A stretch of DNA of 62,647 bases, the filler included, from an uncultured bacterium (lineage in GTDB: Bacteria; AUK180), in NCBI GenBank assembly GCA_937863565.1. It is 6 parts of 6 records of this genome, joined end to end, with 100 filler letters (N's around TTAATTAATTAA, not from the genome) between each part and the next. Parts side by side here need not be neighbours in the genome. Positions count along the whole stretch, not along the records: positions 8,083 to 31,898 come from CALMGJ010000014.1; positions 31,999 to 37,888 come from CALMGJ010000015.1; positions 37,989 to 52,136 come from CALMGJ010000016.1; 3 more parts are not named here. One strand, written 5' to 3'. A model generated the notes under the pieces. That model made no database searches. It was not told where the DNA came from and worked only from the letters and a program-made list of their open reading frames with translations. This document shows positions 29,488 through 38,746 of the stretch, in pieces; the stretch's first letter is position 1, and every line of letters starts with the position of its first letter. The position numbers were made by a program, and so were the translations under genes.

Positions 29488-30568
29488 GGATCTTACCATC
29501 TATTTATTCGCGATCACACTTTTCGGCCTTCTTGCCGTATTCTCTTCTTCGGCGGTGTTCTCCTATTACGAATATTCGTCCAAGTACGGGATGTTCATAA
29601 AACAAGGCGCCTTTGCCCTCATAGGCTGGATTATTTTCCTCATGATCAGGCAGCTGAATCCCGTCAAGGTCATCAAGTATTTCGTTTATCCCTTTTCCCT
29701 GCTGTGCATCGCCTCTTTGGTCTTGGTCCTCGTAAAAGGCAGGGAGATATACAATGCGAAGAGGTGGCTCAACATAGCCGGGATCACGCTGCAGCCCTCG
29801 GAATTCTTCAAGATCGCAGCGGTGATGCTGGCGGCAACGTGCTTCGAAAAGGACGGGAGGATACTTCTTAAAAATCCGAACGGCTCCTGGAATCCGCGCG
29901 TTATCGTCAATCTTCTCCTGATCGGCCTCGGGACGGGGCTTATATTCCTTGAGCCGGATTTCGGCAGCGCTGCAATGATCATAGTGATCTGCTGGCTTGC
30001 TCTTTTCGCGAGCAATGTCAAACTCAGATACTCCCTTTCCCTGATCCCCGTCATCGCGGTGATCGGCATAGTTTTCGTGCTTATATCTCCCTACAGGATC
30101 CAGAGGATAAAAGCACTCTTGCAGAAAGATGCTAAAAGGGAGAGCATAAGCTATCAGATAGTTCAGAGCGAACGCGCCATACAAAACGGAAAATTGCTCG
30201 GGGTCGGCCCGGGAAAGAGCCGGCAGAAGATATTCTATTTACCGCAGGCCTGGTCTGATTTCATCTTTTCGATCATATACGAAGAAACGGGGATCCCCGG
30301 TACCGGCCTGCTTATTTTTCTTTATGTGATGATCTATCTGAGGATCTTCGTGATCTATGCCGGAGTGAAGGATATAGTGCTGAAATTCTATGTTTTCATG
30401 ATGGGATGGCTTCTTGTTTCGGAGACGCTTCTGAACATAAGCATTGCGCTCGGGGCTTTTTTCCCGAAAGGCATGGCGCTCCCGTTCATATCTGCCGGGG
30501 GTTCGTCTTTCATCGCTTCGATGCTCGGCCTTTCTTTGGCCGATGCGGCGAGGGAACGGAATGAATAG
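29477..30568 (+). CDS. ftsW: SEDS family peptidoglycan polymerase
   Basis: AKRWL, QPSEFFK, EPDFG, YQ..QS, YLP..SDFIF, LPFISAGGSS. Confidence 0.93.
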   Translation: MKDKDLTIYLFAITLFGLLAVFSSSAVFSYYEYSSKYGMFIKQGAFALIGWIIFLMIRQLNPVKVIKYFVYPFSLLCIASLVLVLVKGREIYNAKRWLNIAGITLQPSEFFKIAAVMLAATCFEKDGRILLKNPNGSWNPRVIVNLLLIGLGTGLIFLEPDFGSAAMIIVICWLALFASNVKLRYSLSLIPVIAVIGIVFVLISPYRIQRIKALLQKDAKRESISYQIVQSERAIQNGKLLGVGPGKSRQKIFYLPQAWSDFIFSIIYEETGIPGTGLLIFLYVMIYLRIFVIYAGVKDIVLKFYVFMMGWLLVSETLLNISIALGAFFPKGMALPFISAGGSSFIASMLGLSLADAARERNE

Positions 30569-31616
30569 GATAGTTGCCATCGGCGCCGGAAAGACCGGCG
30601 GACATCTTTTCCCGGCCATCAGAATAGAGGAAACGCTTGCTGCGCAGGGATTCACGGCGCTTTACTTCACGGAGGGTGTGTCTCTCGAAAAGGAGATCCT
30701 GATAAAGAACGGAAAACGGTTCATGAAGATCCTGTGCAGAAAATTCCCGTCTGCCGACCTGAAACAAATAGCAGAATTCTTTTTTTACAATATGGCAGGC
30801 CTGCTGCAATGCCTTGCGAAGATGGCAGTGCTGCGTCCCGCCTTCACTTTCATAACGGGAGGCTACGCCTCTTTCCCTCTGGGATTGGCATCCATCCTGA
30901 CCGGTATTCCCCTTTTTACATATGACGGCAATGTGAACCCGGGCAAAGTGAACCGGCTCCTGGCTTTTGCCGCACGCATGAATTACGGCCCTAAAAGAAC
31001 ATCCGCGAAAAGGTTCGTTGAAACAGGGAGCCCCGTCAGGAACGGGTTCCGTACGGAAGAATTCTTTTTCCCGGTTAATAAGAACGTGCTTGTCACAGGA
31101 GGTTCTCAGGGCTCGGCGGTCATTCTGGACGCTGTGCTCGGTATGATAAAGGCCCGTGCGGATTATTTCAAGTCGGAAGGAATATCTTTTCATATAGCAA
31201 CAGGGATGGATAAAACAGTTTATATAGAGAAATTCGCAGAGTTCGGCTTCGTTAAAGCGGTGCCGTTCATTCATGATATGCCTGCCGCACTCAAAGAAAG
31301 CGCTATTGTGATCTCCCGCGCCGGCGCGATGAGTATGGAAGAAAATATGGCCGCTTCGAGATATGCGGTCTATATTCCGTTCAGCCATGCCGCACAGAAT
31401 CACCAGTATTACAATGCCGTTGAAGCAGGTAAACTCGGCGCGGGTACGGTAATTACGGAAGACCTCCTCGATCCGGGGACTCTTTTTACGGCGGTCAGCG
31501 GCATGTTGGGCGATATGAGCGCTCTGAGAGATATCTCGAAATCGATGCGGTCCATGTACGAGAAACGCCACGCGGTCGATATCGCGGGCGATATGCTGAG
31601 GAGGGTCGGATTATGA
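30561..31616 (+). CDS. murG: MurG GlcNAc transferase (divergent)
   Basis: GKTGGHLFP, GGYAS, G..NR, GSPVR, GGSQG, SRAGA, HQYYNA. Confidence 0.9.
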   Translation: MNRIVAIGAGKTGGHLFPAIRIEETLAAQGFTALYFTEGVSLEKEILIKNGKRFMKILCRKFPSADLKQIAEFFFYNMAGLLQCLAKMAVLRPAFTFITGGYASFPLGLASILTGIPLFTYDGNVNPGKVNRLLAFAARMNYGPKRTSAKRFVETGSPVRNGFRTEEFFFPVNKNVLVTGGSQGSAVILDAVLGMIKARADYFKSEGISFHIATGMDKTVYIEKFAEFGFVKAVPFIHDMPAALKESAIVISRAGAMSMEENMAASRYAVYIPFSHAAQNHQYYNAVEAGKLGAGTVITEDLLDPGTLFTAVSGMLGDMSALRDISKSMRSMYEKRHAVDIAGDMLRRVGL

Positions 31617-31898
31617 TGCTCGGTATCAGGAAACTTCATTTCATCGGCATTGGCGGCGTCGGCATGAGCGGCATCGCCGAGATACTTCATAATAGCGGTT
31701 TTACCGTATGCGGTTCCGACTGTAGTGACAGCGAGCATGTTACCCGTCTGAGGCAGCTGGGAATCAACATACATATCGGGCATGCCCCGGGTAATGTGGC
31801 TCCCGATACCGATATCTGCGTATTTTCTTCGGCTGTCCGGTCCGATAATGTGGAGATAATCGCAGCGAATAAGATGAACATTCCGGTGATAAAAAGAG
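31613..31898 (+). CDS. murC: MurC ligase, 5' fragment
   Basis: HFIGIGGVGMSGIA...GSD...SSAV..DN.E; truncated by the gap. Confidence 0.93.
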
Positions 31899-31998
31899 NN
31901 NNNNNNNNNNNNNNNNNNNNNNNNNNNNNNNNNNNNNNNNNNTTAATTAATTAANNNNNNNNNNNNNNNNNNNNNNNNNNNNNNNNNNNNNNNNNNNN
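31899..31998. other. Artificial contig linker
   Basis: N-run with TTAATTAATTAA. Confidence 0.99.
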
Positions 31999-32490
31999 TC
32001 TCAACTGTCAACTATCAACTTCTTCTCATTCTTCATTGTTCATTATTCATTTTTCACTGCGTTTCGCCCAACTCTCAATTCTCAATTTATTTAAACCCGT
32101 TAACCCGTTAACCCATTAACTGTGTAATGATCTAATATGCCATTTATCATTCTTCATTTTTCATTCTTCATTTTTTTAACTCTCAACTGTCAACTATCAA
32201 CTTCTTCTCATTCTTCATTGTTCATTATTCATTTTTCACTGCGTTTCGCCCAACTCTCAATTCTCAATTTATTTAAACCCGTTAACCCGTTAACCCATTA
32301 ACTGTGTAATGATCTAATATGCCATTTATCATTCTTCATTTTTCATTCTTCATTTTTCACTGCGCTTCGCCTAACTCTCAACTCTCAACTCTCAATTTCT
32401 TCTCATTCTTCATTGTTCATTATTCATTTTCACTGCGCTTCGCCTCTATCCTCTCTTATATTCTTCATTTCTCATTTTTCATTCTTCATT
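31999..32490 (-). repeat. Composite short-tandem-repeat block including a 182-bp-period duplication
   Basis: Runs of TCTCAAC, TTCATTN and CCGTTAAC; 31999-32175 is identical to 32181-32357. Confidence 0.9.
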
Positions 32491-33364
32491 TATCATTTTC
32501 CTCATAATAATACGAATAATCTATCCCTTTCATATAGATTTCGCGGCTATTGATCTTGCCTGTCAGGGCACTTTTAAGCAGTTTACTTATCCCGGCGCTG
32601 TCGGCAGGAGCTTTTACCATGGCGTCAAGATATTTGTTCTTTGCGATCTTGCTCCAATCCACGCATTTTTTTATCCGTTTTTTCAGCATCAGATCAAGCC
32701 ATATGCGGGCGCTTCGTCCATTGCCTTCCATAAACGGGTGGGCTATGTTCATTTCCACATATTTTTCTACAATTTCGTCAAAGGTGTTTTCCGGCATTTG
32801 TTCTATACGCCGCAATGTATCGTCCAGGAACCGTGCCATTGCGAATTGAAAGCCGTCTTTGGAAATGTTCTTCTTCCGTATCTGCCCGGCAAAATCGTAT
32901 AATCCTCCGAATAAATATGCGTGGATCTGCCGCAATCCTTTGATCGTGCCCACTTCTATGCCGTCTATGAAAGAGCTCTCAAATAGGCCGTACGCCTTCA
33001 GCTTGCTTTTGCCGTCAATGGTCTCATCACTGTATGTGAACCATTCAATAAAACGGTTTGCGGATCTCGACGGGAATTGCTTGCCCAAAGCAATGATCCC
33101 ATCATAGTCCAGCATATCGCTTAAGTATCTTTTGCCGTCTTTGGCGACGAGTTTCAGTTGGGTAGTGGCGCTAACCAACTGACTGTTCTCCTTCCTCAGT
33201 TTCGCCTTGAGGTATTTCCAGTAATTTCTTGTTTTAACATAATCGTCTTGGTCTGAAAGAACGGCCACGATGTCCAAGACGGAAAACCACCACTTGGAAT
33301 TCTTCTCATCCCAAACGGCGCGCACTTCACGGTCATCATAAAAACGGATAGATATCTTACTCAT
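32486..33364 (-). CDS. Fic-family protein adenylyltransferase with N-terminal Bro-N-like domain
   Basis: [12 protein letters not shown] Fic motif, C-terminal SYYYE autoinhibition motif, N-terminal F...EVR.VWD....WWFSV.D. Confidence 0.9.
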   Translation of the reverse strand: MSKISIRFYDDREVRAVWDEKNSKWWFSVLDIVAVLSDQDDYVKTRNYWKYLKAKLRKENSQLVSATTQLKLVAKDGKRYLSDMLDYDGIIALGKQFPSRSANRFIEWFTYSDETIDGKSKLKAYGLFESSFIDGIEVGTIKGLRQIHAYLFGGLYDFAGQIRKKNISKDGFQFAMARFLDDTLRRIEQMPENTFDEIVEKYVEMNIAHPFMEGNGRSARIWLDLMLKKRIKKCVDWSKIAKNKYLDAMVKAPADSAGISKLLKSALTGKINSREIYMKGIDYSYYYEENDK

Positions 33365-33503
33365 ATTTTCTAAAGTTGGTGATCCCTTTCATATTATAAT
33401 TATATCACTTTCCCCCATAATTGCAAGAGAAAGAGGATATTTCAATGGGGATCTTTATTGCGTTTCACCCCTAACTTCGATTCTCGCTTCGCTCAATTAT
33501 TTC

Positions 33504-33712
33504 ATTAACGAGTTGACAAGAAGCTTGTCTGCGAGTTAACGAGTTTATAAAAAAATCATTCCCTTTTTCAACCCGTTAACCCGTTAACCCATTAACTGTG
33601 TAATGGTCTAATATGCCATTTATCATTCTTCATTTTTCATTCTTCATTTTTTTTAACTCTCAACTCTCAACTTATTTAAACTCTTCACTGCGCCTATCCT
33701 CTAACTTCTATG
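33504..33712 (-). repeat. Composite repeat block between the GH130 and Fic genes
   Basis: GAGTTAACGAG faces (CCGTTAAC)n; 33570-33672 matches 32094-32195 with 3 differences. Confidence 0.88.
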
Positions 33713-33720
33713 TTTTGCAA

Positions 33721-35289
33721 CTATCGTCCCTCTACCTTCATTTTCTTCAACAGCTCGTCGACCGATATTAACGCGATATGCGAAACAGAATCAGATGCCG
33801 CATACGGTATTATTAGATCGCCATTGAGAATTATAGAACCACAGCTGTACACTACATTCGGAACATATCCTTCCCTTTCTTTTTCCGAAGGAGTAATAAG
33901 GGGTTCTTCCAGGCGGGCGATCACCCTGGAGGGATCTTTTAAATCCAGAAGCATTGCCCCGATGGAATATTTCCTCATGGGGCCCACGCCGTGGGTCAGC
34001 AGTATCCAGCCCTGTTCCGTTTCCAAGGGCGAACCGCAATTGCCTATTTGCACAAATTCCCAATGTTTTTCCGGTTGTTTTATTTTAACGGACTCATACC
34101 AGAAATGTATATTGTCGGAATACATCAAGTAAAGGCTCTTCCCGTCGATCCTCGCTATCATGGCATATTTGGAATTTATTCTTCTCGGGAAAAGGGCCAT
34201 GCCTTTGTTCTGAACCATCGGACCGTTCAGCGTGATCATCTTGAAATGATGAAAATCCTTTGTCTCGATCAGTTGGGGTATGATATCAAGGCCGTTATAC
34301 GCGGTATATGTCGCATAATAGGTTATTTCTCCGTTATCATCCCTGAAGCGGACAAATCTTGCATCCTCTATCCCGTTGCTCTCGCTTTTCGAAACCGGGA
34401 ACAGCACCCTTTCCGAGATCAGATGGTCCGGCGCGAATACCACTTCGTAATTACACTTCGCAAGCCAGTTAATGCGGTCTATGACCCTTTCCCTTTCCGA
34501 GACAGTCATTATGTTCTCTTTTTTCACTTCATCCATTACTTTCCTGATCTCGTCGAAGGTGAAATTATCCTTCAATCTCGCAAATACCGTTTTTGTCACA
34601 TCATTCGAAAAACCTATTTCTTTCAGTTTGCGCACAAAGAGCGCTTTTTCATAGACGGGATCCAGTATCATTTTCGGAGTGTCAACATACCGGCTGGTCG
34701 GCTCGAGAAAAATATCATTACTCTTATTTATGACCGCGCTTCTGAATACGATAGAGGAGATATGTCCTTCTCCCGTCGCCCGGAAACTGAATATCACCCT
34801 TGTTTCATCTTTCTTCAGATCGTTCTGCTTCGGGTAGATCACCACGGACGGGTTGAAGAGAGCCGTCGACTCAATGGAGTATTCCATCGTAAAATATGAG
34901 CCGATCAATAATTTTTTTTCATTCGACAGAGAGTCCGGATCGTTTATATACTCTTTTACTTCGTTAAAATGCCTTATTAATATCTCCTCGAGTTTCTTGT
35001 GCCTTTTTGAGAATTCGGCATATACGCGGGACAGGATAATTTTCGTCTCGGGATCCCCCATGGACAGGACCATGTTGAGCGTATTTTTTATCAATTCTTC
35101 TCTGCCGGGTTTAAATAACCTTGCGATGACGCGCGTCTTGTCCGGCTTAATATCCTCGAGTTTCGCGCTGAATATCTGGTTGGCAGGCATTAGATCGCGC
35201 TTTTTATCAAGTCTTCTGCTTTTAATAATAATGGGGCCGCTTCCGGTGAACGAGGAGATTTCGTTTTTTTTCACATGATCATTTGGCAT
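33721..35289 (-). CDS. Glycoside hydrolase family 130-like protein (long form)
   Basis: LFNPS, RATGEGHISS, GIEDARFV, YYATYTAY, NKGMALFP, QIGNCGSP, YVPNVVYSCG. Confidence 0.88.
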   Translation of the reverse strand: MPNDHVKKNEISSFTGSGPIIIKSRRLDKKRDLMPANQIFSAKLEDIKPDKTRVIARLFKPGREELIKNTLNMVLSMGDPETKIILSRVYAEFSKRHKKLEEILIRHFNEVKEYINDPDSLSNEKKLLIGSYFTMEYSIESTALFNPSVVIYPKQNDLKKDETRVIFSFRATGEGHISSIVFRSAVINKSNDIFLEPTSRYVDTPKMILDPVYEKALFVRKLKEIGFSNDVTKTVFARLKDNFTFDEIRKVMDEVKKENIMTVSERERVIDRINWLAKCNYEVVFAPDHLISERVLFPVSKSESNGIEDARFVRFRDDNGEITYYATYTAYNGLDIIPQLIETKDFHHFKMITLNGPMVQNKGMALFPRRINSKYAMIARIDGKSLYLMYSDNIHFWYESVKIKQPEKHWEFVQIGNCGSPLETEQGWILLTHGVGPMRKYSIGAMLLDLKDPSRVIARLEEPLITPSEKEREGYVPNVVYSCGSIILNGDLIIPYAASDSVSHIALISVDELLKKMKVEGR

Positions 35290-35319
35290 ATTTTTCCCTT
35301 TTTAATACAACCGCCACTT

Positions 35320-37560
35320 TCATATATTCAGGTTTTCCACTTCATATTCCTCTATCATGGCAAGAAGCGCGGTAAAGAATGAAACGGTGCTTTCCCCGCC
35401 CTGATTCGAGCTTACGCCTTCCCGCATCAGCCCGTCCGAACAGCCCTTGGTCTCATAATCATATAAGGACATTCCCATATCGTTCTCGCCCATGAACCAG
35501 TAAAAAGACGTTTTCATTTTCCTCAGGTATTCGCTGTCGTTCGTTACCCGATAAGCGGATTGGAAAGCAAGCGTCATCGCCGAGGCATCGATCGGTTGTT
35601 GATCGAATTTCGCTCTCTTTTCGTTTTTCCTATACCACCCGTTGCTACCGATAATGGACAGATGGCCGTATTTGAAAGTGTTCTCCACAAGAAAATCCAG
35701 TGTTTCTTTCGCCGTTTTTAGATATCTTTCGTCGTGAAGTATCGTGTATGTCTGAAAAAGTGCCGTGGAGATAATGCCATTGTCATAGCAAAGGATATCT
35801 TCGAACCATTTCCAGTCGGGGTCTTTTCTGTTATTATACATATTAACAAGATGGTCGGCACACTCTTTCAGCAGGAATGAGATCCCCTCGTCTGCCTGGA
35901 AACATCTGAGGTATGATACGAGGCCGAGTATCGCCAGAGCTTTGCCGCGCAGATTCAATTTATTCACATGCGGAAGCGCTTTTCTGAAACAATCGACGGC
36001 AAGAGAGCGGTATGAATCAGTCGGCGGACGCCAAATGAGATATCCGAGCGCCTGCATTGCTCTCCCGAAAGAATCGTCGGACCCCGTATCGTCAAGATAC
36101 CGGCGCTGATAATCCATAAAATTGCGGAACTGTCCGTCGGGGGTCTGCATATAGTGCGTAAAGCTCATATAATTCGAAAGCAATTTTTTCGCATCGGCAT
36201 TTTTAAGCAGATAATAAGCTTCCGCGCACAGCATCATCGCCCTTGCATTGTCATCCAGGCAGTATCCGGTGTTTCTGTCTGGTATGATATATTTCGCATG
36301 TTGTATCAGTCCCGTACTATCGGTCAATCTTTTCATATGGGTAAGATCAAAAAGCGGCAAACGCAACAGCGACAATGATGTGTTCAGAACCCCTTTTCTC
36401 TTCGGGGTGTTCTTTACCACTTCCATGAAATTATCCAAGTATATCTTCGAGACCTTTCCCCAGAACATCTGCCTGCCGAAGCTGCGGGTTTTTTTCTGCA
36501 TTTTCTTCATCTCGCTCTTATTTGTCAGAATGTCTTTCAGAACAAGAGTAAGTTTTTCCGAATCATAAAAATCTATAAGCCGTCCGCGACCATCTGAAAG
36601 CAGTTCTTTCGCGTACCAGTAAGGCGTTGAAACTATTGCTTTGCCCGCGCTGACGGCATAAGCGAGCGTCCCGCTGACGATCTGCGCTTCGTTTATATAG
36701 GGAGTGATATAAATATCCGCCGCCTGCAGCCATGAATATAGTTCGTCGATAGCCACGAAGCGGTTGTCAAAAACGACATTGGAATTCAATTTTAACTTTT
36801 CAACCAGCCTTATGAGGCTTGCCCTGTACTGCTCCCCGTATTCCCGTTTAATATTGGGATGTGTGCTGCCCAGAATGACATAGATGAGATCGGGGAAATC
36901 CGCCACAACACCCGGGAGGGCTTTTATGACCGTCTCGATCCCCTTGTTCGGGCCGAGAAGTCCGAAGGTCAGCAATATGTTCCTTCCTTCGAGTTTAAAC
37001 CTTTTCTTATGCTGTATCGTATCCAGCAAAGTGAAATCGGGCGTTCCATGCGGAATCATCGCTATCTTTTCCGGTTTTATGCCGTATATGTCTTTCAGAA
37101 ATTGAACCGCAAGATTACACATGACTATTATCTTGCTCGATCTGGCCGCGATCTCCTGTATTATTTTTTTCTGGTTTGGCGTCGGGGATTTCAGTACCGT
37201 ATGCAGGGTGACCACAACCGGAATATTTAATCTTGAGATCAATGAAAGGATATATATCCCGTCCCAACCGCCGAAGATCCCGTATTCGTGCTGGATGCAG
37301 ACGATATCCGCATTACTCGTATTGATAAGGTTCGCCGCTTCAAAATAATCTTTCTGCATTGCTTGATCGATCGTAAATGTAACTCTCGGCGGATAATTAT
37401 ACCCGTTTTCATTGTCGTTCATTGCCATAACGAATACATGGGATTTTGAACTTACCAGTTTTGCCGTTGCCTCGCATAGATCGGTCGTGAATGTGGCTAT
37501 CCCGCATATCCGCGGAAGGTAATTTCCGATAAAAGCGATATTCAGGTTTTTTTTAACCAT
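35320..37560 (-). CDS. GT4 glycosyltransferase fused to a C-terminal helical-barrel domain
   Basis: PRICGIATFT, QHEYGIFGG, FGLL..NKG, SGTLAYA..G, STPY; C-terminal GYCLDDNARA, DQQPID, NQGGES. Confidence 0.9.
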   Translation of the reverse strand: MVKKNLNIAFIGNYLPRICGIATFTTDLCEATAKLVSSKSHVFVMAMNDNENGYNYPPRVTFTIDQAMQKDYFEAANLINTSNADIVCIQHEYGIFGGWDGIYILSLISRLNIPVVVTLHTVLKSPTPNQKKIIQEIAARSSKIIVMCNLAVQFLKDIYGIKPEKIAMIPHGTPDFTLLDTIQHKKRFKLEGRNILLTFGLLGPNKGIETVIKALPGVVADFPDLIYVILGSTHPNIKREYGEQYRASLIRLVEKLKLNSNVVFDNRFVAIDELYSWLQAADIYITPYINEAQIVSGTLAYAVSAGKAIVSTPYWYAKELLSDGRGRLIDFYDSEKLTLVLKDILTNKSEMKKMQKKTRSFGRQMFWGKVSKIYLDNFMEVVKNTPKRKGVLNTSLSLLRLPLFDLTHMKRLTDSTGLIQHAKYIIPDRNTGYCLDDNARAMMLCAEAYYLLKNADAKKLLSNYMSFTHYMQTPDGQFRNFMDYQRRYLDDTGSDDSFGRAMQALGYLIWRPPTDSYRSLAVDCFRKALPHVNKLNLRGKALAILGLVSYLRCFQADEGISFLLKECADHLVNMYNNRKDPDWKWFEDILCYDNGIISTALFQTYTILHDERYLKTAKETLDFLVENTFKYGHLSIIGSNGWYRKNEKRAKFDQQPIDASAMTLAFQSAYRVTNDSEYLRKMKTSFYWFMGENDMGMSLYDYETKGCSDGLMREGVSSNQGGESTVSFFTALLAMIEEYEVENLNI

Positions 37561-37661
37561 TTCCGGTATATCCCTCGTAAGTAGACAGATAAAGGATTAA
37601 AATATACTGTCCGTATTCAAATAAAAACATACGATTGTAAGTACTTGTTCCCATTATTATC

Positions 37662-37690
37662 AGTATACCATTTTCGCTTGTATATATCAA
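37662..37690 (-). promoter_or_regulatory. Putative sigma70 promoter for the GT4-GH130 pair
   Basis: On the minus strand, TTGATA-N17-TATACT with a TG extension. Confidence 0.5.
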
Positions 37691-37814
37691 GGCATTAATC
37701 GCGCTTTAATATTTCACGCTATGTGAATCACAATTTTTGTCCGAGATCCTGAGCTTTTACTTTATACCATTCTGAGCGCTCTATCCTTGACATTCCGGAT
37801 TTAGCGATTGCAAT

Positions 37815-37888
37815 CCGTTAACCGGACAACTGCGCAATTGTATTTTTATTATTAACTCCACACTTCGTACTCCACACTCCACACCGCG
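37815..37888 (-). repeat. GTGTGGA-heptamer repeat module at contig end
   Basis: Reverse complement reads CGCGGTGTGGAGTGTGGAGTACGAAGTGTGGAGT...CAGTTGTCCGGTTAACGG; similar to 38062-38095 and 50710-50780. Confidence 0.85.
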
Positions 37889-37988
37889 NNNNNNNNNNNN
37901 NNNNNNNNNNNNNNNNNNNNNNNNNNNNNNNNTTAATTAATTAANNNNNNNNNNNNNNNNNNNNNNNNNNNNNNNNNNNNNNNNNNNN
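37889..37988. other. Artificial contig linker
   Basis: N-run with TTAATTAATTAA. Confidence 0.99.
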
Positions 37989-38210
37989 GGCGGGTGACCG
38001 TCTGCGAGTTAACGAGTTTAAAAAAGTGAATAACGAATAGTGAAAAGCAGAGCGGCAAGGCCGCGGTGTGGAGTGTGGAGTACGAAGTGTGGAGTGGGAA
38101 AGAAAGACAATTAAGAATGGATAATTGAGAATGGATAGTTGAAAAAAAGGATTGAATACTGGATTACCGGGTCAAGTCCCGTAAGAACAGGTGAAGCCCG
38201 ATAATGACGA
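37989..38210 (+). repeat. Composite repeat block at contig start
   Basis: GCGAGTTAACGAG, GTGAATA, a GCGGC-AAG-GCCGC hairpin, GTGTGGA x3 and GAATGGA/TTGAGAA heptads, then a REP-like GGATTACCGGGTCAAG...CCCGATAATGAC. Confidence 0.85.
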
Positions 38211-38361
38211 AGGAAGAACGGGATTTCCGTCTTCGTATAAATGACAACAAAAAAATGAATGGCAAAAGAGAAAAGTGAATAAGGGAGATTGCCACTCTAA
38301 AATCGGGGAAAAACACCCCGGCTTCTTCCCGGAAAAGTGGAGAAAAAAGAGAAAAAAACGC

Positions 38362-38390
38362 TTGAATTCGAGGTGAAAATCCCATATAAT
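38362..38390 (+). promoter_or_regulatory. Putative sigma70 promoter of the V/A-ATPase operon
   Basis: TTGAAT-N17-TATAAT; GAGGAG SD before ATG 38426. Confidence 0.65.
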
Positions 38391-38425
38391 ACATAACATT
38401 TATATATTTAAGTGAGGAGCACGAT

Positions 38426-38746
38426 ATGGGCGAAAATCCTTTTGAAAAGATCAAAGAAACGGAAAAAGAACTCGAGGCTCATCTTGAGCAGGTGCGCAAG
38501 GAAATATCCCAACTTTTCATAAAATTGGAAGATGAAACGGAAAAAATCAAGGCCCGGATGTCAAAAGAACTTTCCGAGTTCACGGGAAAGAGAGAAGACG
38601 AACTAAAAAAGGAATATGAAGAGAGGATAAACGCTCTTCGGAATGAAATCGAACAGAAGAGGGCCGAGATCGAGCGCACTGTCAAAGAAAAATCCAAAGA
38701 GATAATAGAGAAGATAACGAAGGAGATCCTCAAAGATGGCCATTAG
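38426..38746 (+). CDS. V/A-type ATPase subunit G/H (peripheral stalk)
   Basis: 106-aa E/K-rich coiled coil, first gene of the operon. Confidence 0.8.
   Translation: MGENPFEKIKETEKELEAHLEQVRKEISQLFIKLEDETEKIKARMSKELSEFTGKREDELKKEYEERINALRNEIEQKRAEIERTVKEKSKEIIEKITKEILKDGH

Noticed and set aside
30510-31571. 353-aa antisense ORF (also 33991-34899, 42456-43217, 57589-58347 and similar)
   Set aside because: These shadow well-supported genes on the opposite strand and show no recognisable motifs.
31999-32490. Possible CRISPR array, or the 62-aa ORF 32319-32507 (MPFIILHFSFF...)
   Set aside because: There are no unique spacers, and the ORF is simply translated heptamer repeats.
37710-37735. TTCAC..GTGAA / TGTGAATCACA as a Rex or CRP site
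   Set aside because: Spacing and orientation fit neither consensus.
37855-38095. Apparent 34-bp inverted repeat spanning about 240 bp, suggesting a cruciform or invertible element
   Set aside because: The arms lie on different contigs across a linker; treated as dispersed copies instead.
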